Below are positions 48,231 through 53,913 of a stretch of DNA of 53,913 nucleotides, one piece after another (positions within the stretch are counted from its first letter, which is position 1; each line of letters opens with the position of its first letter). A program made the position numbers and the translations under genes. The stretch lies in sequence record DRR378314_190, one strand, 5' to 3'. The notes under the pieces are model-generated. The model was not told the origin of the DNA, did not search any database, and saw nothing but the letters and a program-made list of their open reading frames with translations.

Positions 48231-50022
48231 CGGCCATTCCTTGATCCTTACCGCTTAACCGCGCGATCACCTCTTGATACATCCGGTGATAGACCGGGCG
48301 TTTGAAGTGGTTGAGATCGATCATATCATCCGCCCCCTCAATGAACTGCGCAGGGTCAAGCAGCATGACATTTTCCCTGCCGTGCGCTACCTCTCGCAAG
48401 GCCGCGTTCAGGCGTTGGTGATGTGGATGGGGCGGCCTGCCCGGGGTGCGAAACTGCATCGGCCCACGTTCCGGGGCCAGCATGATCACCACCTGCACAT
48501 CTGTCGGAATATGATCAAGGATACAGCCATATCTGCGCGCCATTTCCGTGCTCTTCAACATCCCCATATGGGTGAAATCGCGGGCCAGAACCTTCAGCCT
48601 CTGCCGCTGCACATCTGTATCCGCAACCGCCTCGCGCAGCTCTGTCTTGGCGATCAGATCATGGTTTTGCGCTCCGACCAGCCAATAGGGTGCCAACAGC
48701 CCGGTTGAACCATGGCGATATTCGGGAATATCCGCATCAGCCCAGAAGCTGAGGAAACACAAAACCCGCCCACCGGGGATCGCACCTAGCTGCGAGGTGA
48801 AATCATCCGGCCCGTAGCCAAGCGTTGCTGCGGCTGCAAGCTGATCATCAGTCAAACCACCTTCAAGCGCGGGCATCAGGAAAGACGTATGATCGCGCCG
48901 AAACATCTGCCCATTCTGTGGCTGGTTAAATTCCTCAACCAGATCCCCGGTATGCAGCGCAAAATAATGCATCAGACTGGCCAGATCACACCCGCCCCGC
49001 GCGATGATATGATCAAACCGGATCATCGGCGCGGGCGCTTCAGCCGCCATTTCCATAGCTGTGACAGGGGTGATCCAGTCGACGTTCATGGCCCCATCGC
49101 TCACATCCGACAGGGTCTTGCCAAGAACCTGCATCGGCGGACGACCCAGATGTGCATAGGTCCAATGTTCAATGTACATATTCAACGTGCGGCAGGAGAA
49201 ACAGAAGTGCTTTATCCGGCGTATATTGTGAAGCCGTTCCGTCAGGTAGAAACCAACAAAACCATAATCGCCAAAATCATCCCGCACCCGTATCAGCCCA
49301 GCGTCGGTCGTGTTCAACGCCAGCATCGCAGACAGTTCCGCACGGGCGGCGGCCTGATCCTCAGGCAGGCGGATCTTGGTGAAATTCAGCTGGTTGGTCC
49401 TGTTGATCAGCTCAATCGCGCGGTCCAGATGCGCCTCAACATCATATTCGATAAATACCCGCACATTCGATTTACGCAGAAAATCGACAGGTTCGTCACC
49501 TGCCACAACAGCGGCCACCGCCTTGCGCTCTTTCAGCTTGTATTGCGCCAGCCGGGTGAATCCTGCATCCGGTTTGCCCTGTAACTGTGCCGCATCCGAA
49601 AGATCGCAAATCAGATCCGGCAAGCCCACATTCAACCCCGGATTGGCGTGGACCGCCTGCGCGAGGTTCATCGGGTTATCATCCAGAAACAGAACCGATG
49701 GCGCGCGCAGCCCAATCTGCCCCAGCATCGCGGCAATCCGTGGCCCCTTGGGTGTCCAGTCAATGCTGGGAAAAACAAAATAATCCCACAACCCGCGTTC
49801 CCGCAGCAAAGCCTCGATCGTGCCCGCATCATTCTTGGAGCAGATCGCAGACATAATCCCGCGCCGGGCCAGTTCGATCACCAGGGCATGATGATCGTCA
49901 CGATACCCGATCCCCCCTTCGGTCAGGGTGCCATCCCAAAAGGTGTCGTCCAGATCCCAAATGACCAATCGAATGTCTTCGGCAAAGACCAGCTGATCAA
50001 ATTCCGGCTGCGGTTGACCCAT
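48223..50022 (-). CDS. FkbH-like HAD-IIIC protein with extra C-terminal domain
   Basis: WDLDDTFWDG, CSKND, FLDDNP, ELINRTNQLNFT, DDFGDYG, FSCR; about 260 additional C-terminal residues. Confidence 0.85.
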   Translation of the reverse strand: MGQPQPEFDQLVFAEDIRLVIWDLDDTFWDGTLTEGGIGYRDDHHALVIELARRGIMSAICSKNDAGTIEALLRERGLWDYFVFPSIDWTPKGPRIAAMLGQIGLRAPSVLFLDDNPMNLAQAVHANPGLNVGLPDLICDLSDAAQLQGKPDAGFTRLAQYKLKERKAVAAVVAGDEPVDFLRKSNVRVFIEYDVEAHLDRAIELINRTNQLNFTKIRLPEDQAAARAELSAMLALNTTDAGLIRVRDDFGDYGFVGFYLTERLHNIRRIKHFCFSCRTLNMYIEHWTYAHLGRPPMQVLGKTLSDVSDGAMNVDWITPVTAMEMAAEAPAPMIRFDHIIARGGCDLASLMHYFALHTGDLVEEFNQPQNGQMFRRDHTSFLMPALEGGLTDDQLAAAATLGYGPDDFTSQLGAIPGGRVLCFLSFWADADIPEYRHGSTGLLAPYWLVGAQNHDLIAKTELREAVADTDVQRQRLKVLARDFTHMGMLKSTEMARRYGCILDHIPTDVQVVIMLAPERGPMQFRTPGRPPHPHHQRLNAALREVAHGRENVMLLDPAQFIEGADDMIDLNHFKRPVYHRMYQEVIARLSGKDQGMADV

Positions 50023-50143
50023 CTCAGCACCACCACAAAGGCACTGCCGCCATCATTTTACAGGTTCCGAACATCATCTTCCTTTTCTGCGGGACCATCC
50101 CTTTGGGTCTGCCATGCCCTCCCTTTGTTCTGCCCCAAAACCG

Positions 50144-50159
50144 GTAAACAGAAGATTAA
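50144..50159 (-). promoter_or_regulatory. CtrA-like site (1 mismatch) upstream of the FkbH-like gene
   Basis: Minus strand TTAA-TCTTCTG-TTTAC. Confidence 0.4.
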
Positions 50160-50247
50160 GTTTTACCATCAGATGTCGCTTTTAGCGGATAGCTTTCACC
50201 ACAGATCAGCCTAAGCTCATGGAAATACATCGATAAGGGATGATCAC

Positions 50248-51408
50248 ATGCACTTTGGCCTCAGCGAAGAACAAGAGATGATCGTCTCTACCGTGCGCAG
50301 CTTTGTGGAAAAGGAGATTTACCCCCATGAGGCTGAGGTAGAGAGGACCGGACAGGTCCCGCATGAACTGGGCGAAGAGATCAAGCAAAAGGTGATCGAT
50401 CTGGGGTTTTACGCCTGCAATTTCCCCGAAAGTGTTGGCGGTGCCGGGCTGTCCCACGTTGATTTCACTCTTGTAGAGCGAGAGCTTGGCCGGGGTTCCA
50501 TGGCGCTCACCCATTTCTTCGGGCGTCCGCAAAACATCCTGATGGCCTGCAACGACGAACAGCGCGAACGCTATCTGCTGCCTGCGGTGCGGGGTGAACG
50601 TATGGATGCGCTGGCGATGACGGAACCGGATGCCGGATCGGACGTGCGCGGGATGAAATGCAGCGCGGTGCGCGATGGCGGGGATTGGGTGATCAACGGC
50701 TCCAAACATTTCATCTCAGGGGCGGAACATGCGGATTTCTTCATCGTGTTCATCGCGACCGGCGTTGATGAAACCCTCAAAGGCCCCAAGAAACGCATCA
50801 CAACCTTCCTTGTGGATCGGGGCACACCGGGGTTCGAGGTGCGCGATGGCTATAACTCGGTCAGCCACAAGGGGTACAAAAACTGCATCCTCTATTTCGA
50901 CAATTGCCGCCTGCCCGATGCGCAGGTGTTGGGCGAGGTTGATGGCGGTTTTGCCGTAATGAACGAATGGCTTTATGCCACGCGGATCACAGTTGCAGCT
51001 TTCAGCGTCGGGCGGGCGCGTCGCTGTTTCGATTATGCCCTGAACTATGCCGCCGAACGCAAACAATTCGGCCAGCAGATTGGCAAATTTCAAGGTGTCT
51101 CTTTCCAGATTGCCGATATGATCACCGAAATCGACGCGGCGGATCTGCTGACCCTTTCGGCAGCATGGCGTCTGGATCAGGGGCTGCCCGCCAACCGCGA
51201 AATCGCCAGTGCCAAACTTTATGCGTCAGAGGCTCTGGCCCGCGTGACAGACACGACTTTGCAGATATTTGGTGGCATGGGGCTGATGGATGATTTCCCC
51301 ATTGAACGGTTCTGGCGCGACGCCCGTGTCGAACGCATCTGGGACGGCACATCAGAGATTCAGCGCCACATCATCTCGCGCGATCTGCTGCGTCCTTTGG
51401 GGGCCTGA
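50248..51408 (+). CDS. Acyl-CoA dehydrogenase (possibly gamma-butyrobetainyl-CoA dehydrogenase)
   Basis: AMTEPDAGSD, NGSKHFISG, RKQFGQQI, QIFGGMG, IWDGTSEIQR. Confidence 0.93.
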   Translation: MHFGLSEEQEMIVSTVRSFVEKEIYPHEAEVERTGQVPHELGEEIKQKVIDLGFYACNFPESVGGAGLSHVDFTLVERELGRGSMALTHFFGRPQNILMACNDEQRERYLLPAVRGERMDALAMTEPDAGSDVRGMKCSAVRDGGDWVINGSKHFISGAEHADFFIVFIATGVDETLKGPKKRITTFLVDRGTPGFEVRDGYNSVSHKGYKNCILYFDNCRLPDAQVLGEVDGGFAVMNEWLYATRITVAAFSVGRARRCFDYALNYAAERKQFGQQIGKFQGVSFQIADMITEIDAADLLTLSAAWRLDQGLPANREIASAKLYASEALARVTDTTLQIFGGMGLMDDFPIERFWRDARVERIWDGTSEIQRHIISRDLLRPLGA

Positions 51409-53436
51409 ATGACGCGCTCGCTTGACCGCCTGCTGCGGCCCCGCACCATCGCCGTTGTCGGGGGTGGCGCGTGGTGCAAACAGGTGGTTCTGCAATGCCG
51501 CAAGATGGGCTTTGCCGGTGACATCTGGCCGCTGCACCCCTCCGCTGACAGCATCGAAGGTCTGCCGGTTTTTCGCAGCGTTGATGACCTGCCCCAGCCC
51601 CCCGATGCCACCTTCATCGGCGTGAACCGCGAGGCAACGATTGATATTGTCGCCGCCCTTGCCGCGCGGAATGCAGGCGGCGCTGTCTGCTTTGCCTCCG
51701 GTTTTCTGGAAGCACAGGCAGAGGATGCAACGGGAGCTGATCTGCAATCCGCACTCCTTGACGCTGCGGGTGACATGCCGATCCTTGGCCCCAATTGCTA
51801 TGGCTTTATCAACTACCTTGATGGCGCGTTGCTCTGGCCCGATCAACATGGCGGCAGGCGGGTTGATCGCGGTGCCGCCCTTATCACACAAAGCTCCAAC
51901 ATCGCGATCAACCTCACCATGCAGGCGCGCGCCCTGCCGCTGGCCTATGTCGTCACGGCGGGCAATCAGGCGCAATCCGGCATCGCCGAGATTGGCATGG
52001 CGTTGCTGGATGATCCACGGGTGACCACGCTGGGACTGCATATCGAGGGCATCGGCGATCTGCGCGCCTTCGAAGCCCTGGCCGATCGCGCCCGCGACTT
52101 GGGCAAACCCATCGTTGCAATCAAGGTCGGCCGCTCCGATCAGGCACAAGCCGCCACTGTCTCCCATACCGCGTCACTTGCGGGTCAGGACGCCGGGGCC
52201 GCTGCCCTGCTTACCCGTCTTGGCATCTCACGCGTTGACGATCTGCCCTCCTTCGTCGAGGCTCTGAAGCTGCTGCATATCGCCGGTCCCTTGCCACAAA
52301 ACACTGTCGCAACGATCAGCTGTTCGGGTGGCGAGGCAAGCCTTGCCGCTGACATGGGATTGTCCCGCGCCGTCACCTTTCCCCCGCTGAACATCCGCCA
52401 GAAAACCGACCTGCGTGCCGCGCTTGGCCCCCGTGTGGCACTGGCCAACCCCTTGGATTACCACACCTATATCTGGCGGGATGTGCCTGCCATGACCCGC
52501 GCCTTTGCAGCCATCGCCGACCCTGATATTGCCATCACCCTGTTGATTGTCGATTTCCCCCGCGCCGATCTTTGTGACCCTTCCGATTGGGACTGCGTGA
52601 TCGACGCCACCATCGCCGCGGCCCAACAAACCGGGCGGCTTTACGGTATGGTCGCAACCCTGCCCGAACTCATGCCCGAAGCGGTCGCACAAAGCCTGAT
52701 GGCAGCAGGTGTCGTTCCCTTCTGTGGACTGGCAGAAGCGCTTGCCGCTTGCGGCGCGGTCCTGCCTGCCCCGCGTGACCCTCTCCCGATCACCCTGCCC
52801 AATCCGGGCGGTGCGGCCCGGTTGATTCCAGAGGGTGAGGCAAAATCCGCCCTTGCCGCCTATGGGCTGCCCATCCCCAAATCGACCCGTTGCATGTCAC
52901 TTACCGAGGTGGAAACACAGGCTGACGACATCGGGTTTCCACAGGTTCTGAAAGGCGAAGGCATCGCCCATAAAACCGAAGCGGGCGCGGTGAAGCTCAA
53001 CCTCACCTCCCGCGAAGAGACCTGCACCGCCGCGCAGTCGATGCGCGCCTCCAGCTTCCTGATCGAACAAATGATCACCGGCACAATTGCCGAATTGCTG
53101 GTCGGGGTCATCAATGACCCTGCCCATGGATTTGTCCTCACCCTTGGTGCGGGCGGCACCCTGACCGAAATTCTGGATGATACCGTTTCCCTCCTGATCC
53201 CTGCTGGCGATGAACAGATCACAACCGCCCTCAACAGCCTGCGCATCGCCCCTCTGCTGCGGGGCTATCGTGGCAAACCGGCGGCGGACCTCCCCGCCAT
53301 CCTGCGCGCCATCAACGCCGTTCAGAATTTTACCATTGCCCATCGGGGTGATCTGCAAGAAATTGAAATCAACCCCCTCCTCTGCACGCCAACAGATGCC
53401 ATTGCTGCTGACGCCCTGCTGCGCCGCGCCCTCTAA
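51409..53436 (+). CDS. NDP-forming acyl-CoA synthetase (acetate-CoA ligase family, fused alpha/beta)
   Basis: [24 protein letters not shown] (phospho-His), [18 protein letters not shown]. Confidence 0.9.
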   Translation: MTRSLDRLLRPRTIAVVGGGAWCKQVVLQCRKMGFAGDIWPLHPSADSIEGLPVFRSVDDLPQPPDATFIGVNREATIDIVAALAARNAGGAVCFASGFLEAQAEDATGADLQSALLDAAGDMPILGPNCYGFINYLDGALLWPDQHGGRRVDRGAALITQSSNIAINLTMQARALPLAYVVTAGNQAQSGIAEIGMALLDDPRVTTLGLHIEGIGDLRAFEALADRARDLGKPIVAIKVGRSDQAQAATVSHTASLAGQDAGAAALLTRLGISRVDDLPSFVEALKLLHIAGPLPQNTVATISCSGGEASLAADMGLSRAVTFPPLNIRQKTDLRAALGPRVALANPLDYHTYIWRDVPAMTRAFAAIADPDIAITLLIVDFPRADLCDPSDWDCVIDATIAAAQQTGRLYGMVATLPELMPEAVAQSLMAAGVVPFCGLAEALAACGAVLPAPRDPLPITLPNPGGAARLIPEGEAKSALAAYGLPIPKSTRCMSLTEVETQADDIGFPQVLKGEGIAHKTEAGAVKLNLTSREETCTAAQSMRASSFLIEQMITGTIAELLVGVINDPAHGFVLTLGAGGTLTEILDDTVSLLIPAGDEQITTALNSLRIAPLLRGYRGKPAADLPAILRAINAVQNFTIAHRGDLQEIEINPLLCTPTDAIAADALLRRAL

Positions 53437-53447
53437 AAGGAAATCCC

Positions 53448-53913
53448 ATGTCAGACTCCCCGCTCAAAACCCACCGCGATGGTGCCATCCTGCAAGTCAC
53501 GCTGGACCGGCCAAAGGCCAATGCGATTGATCTGCAAACCTCGCGCCAGATGGGCGAGGTGTTTGCCGGGTTCCGCGACGATCCCGACCTGCGTGTGGCG
53601 ATCATCACCGGTGGCGGCGACAAGTTTTTCTGCCCCGGCTGGGATCTGAAAGCTGCGGCAGACGGGGATGCGGTGGATGGCGATTATGGCATTGGCGGGT
53701 TTGGTGGCTTGCAGGAGCTGCGCGGCATGAACAAACCGGTGATCGCCGCTGTCAATGGCATTGCCTGCGGCGGGGGATTGGAACTGGCCCTTTCCGCTGA
53801 CATGATCCTCGCCGCCGATCATGCCACATTCGCCCTACCCGAGATCCGCTCCGGCACCGTGGCCGATGCTGCCTCGGTCAAATTGCCCAAACGCATCCCC
53901 TATCACATCGCGA
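53448..53913 (+). CDS. caiD: Carnitinyl-CoA dehydratase / crotonase family (3' truncated by window edge)
   Basis: Not in the ORF track; translated by hand from ATG 53448 (RBS AAAAGGA): [80 protein letters not shown], closely matching CaiD. Confidence 0.88.
   Translation, partial: MSDSPLKTHRDGAILQVTLDRPKANAIDLQTSRQMGEVFAGFRDDPDLRVAIITGGGDKFFCPGWDLKAAADGDAVDGDYGIGGFGGLQELRGMNKPVIAAVNGIACGGGLELALSADMILAADHATFALPEIRSGTVADAASVKLPKRIPYHIA

Noticed and set aside
50024-50115. Two tiny upstream ORFs before the FkbH-like gene (MADPKGWSRRKGR; MMFGTCKMMAAVPLWWC)
   Set aside because: RBS-like sequences are present, but there is no attenuator hairpin or logical link to the downstream function; too short to support without conservation data.
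50174-50190. TGTCGC motif as a CdhR/GbdR-type AraC site before the carnitine-like operon
   Set aside because: Single 6-bp match with no clear second half-site.

Overview
GC-rich alphaproteobacterial chromosome segment. Gene content is most consistent with Rhodobacteraceae / the Roseobacter group (inferred, not searched). Left half, housekeeping and metabolic genes: 3' end of gyrB, a pqiA-pqiA-pqiB-pqiC MCE lipid-transport operon with an internally duplicated PqiB, CoA-transferase, FMN glutamate-synthase-like gene, YihY, class-V aminotransferase, M20 peptidase, YegD-like Hsp70, a peptide ABC system interrupted by three unrelated genes, maiA/FAH, and copA-cueR with a canonical CueR operator. 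From about 26.8 to 50.0 kb lies a surface-polysaccharide locus: manC, rfbCBDA, five glycosyltransferases, kpsE/T/M, two sulfotransferases, an FkbH-like fusion protein, a beta-propeller/RTX secreted protein, and an embedded orphan DUF2793 (GTA tail-fibre-like) gene followed by a small coupled ORF. CtrA-like TTAA-N7-TTAA motifs recur in the intergenic regions of this locus. The window ends in a probable gamma-butyrobetaine/carnitine catabolic operon. No rRNA, tRNA, CRISPR array, transposase or integrase was recognised. The most interesting hypothesis is genetic linkage and possible CtrA co-regulation of a GTA-type receptor-binding fibre with the sulfated, rhamnose-containing glycan it may recognise. 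All calls come from motif recognition by eye; no searches were run.
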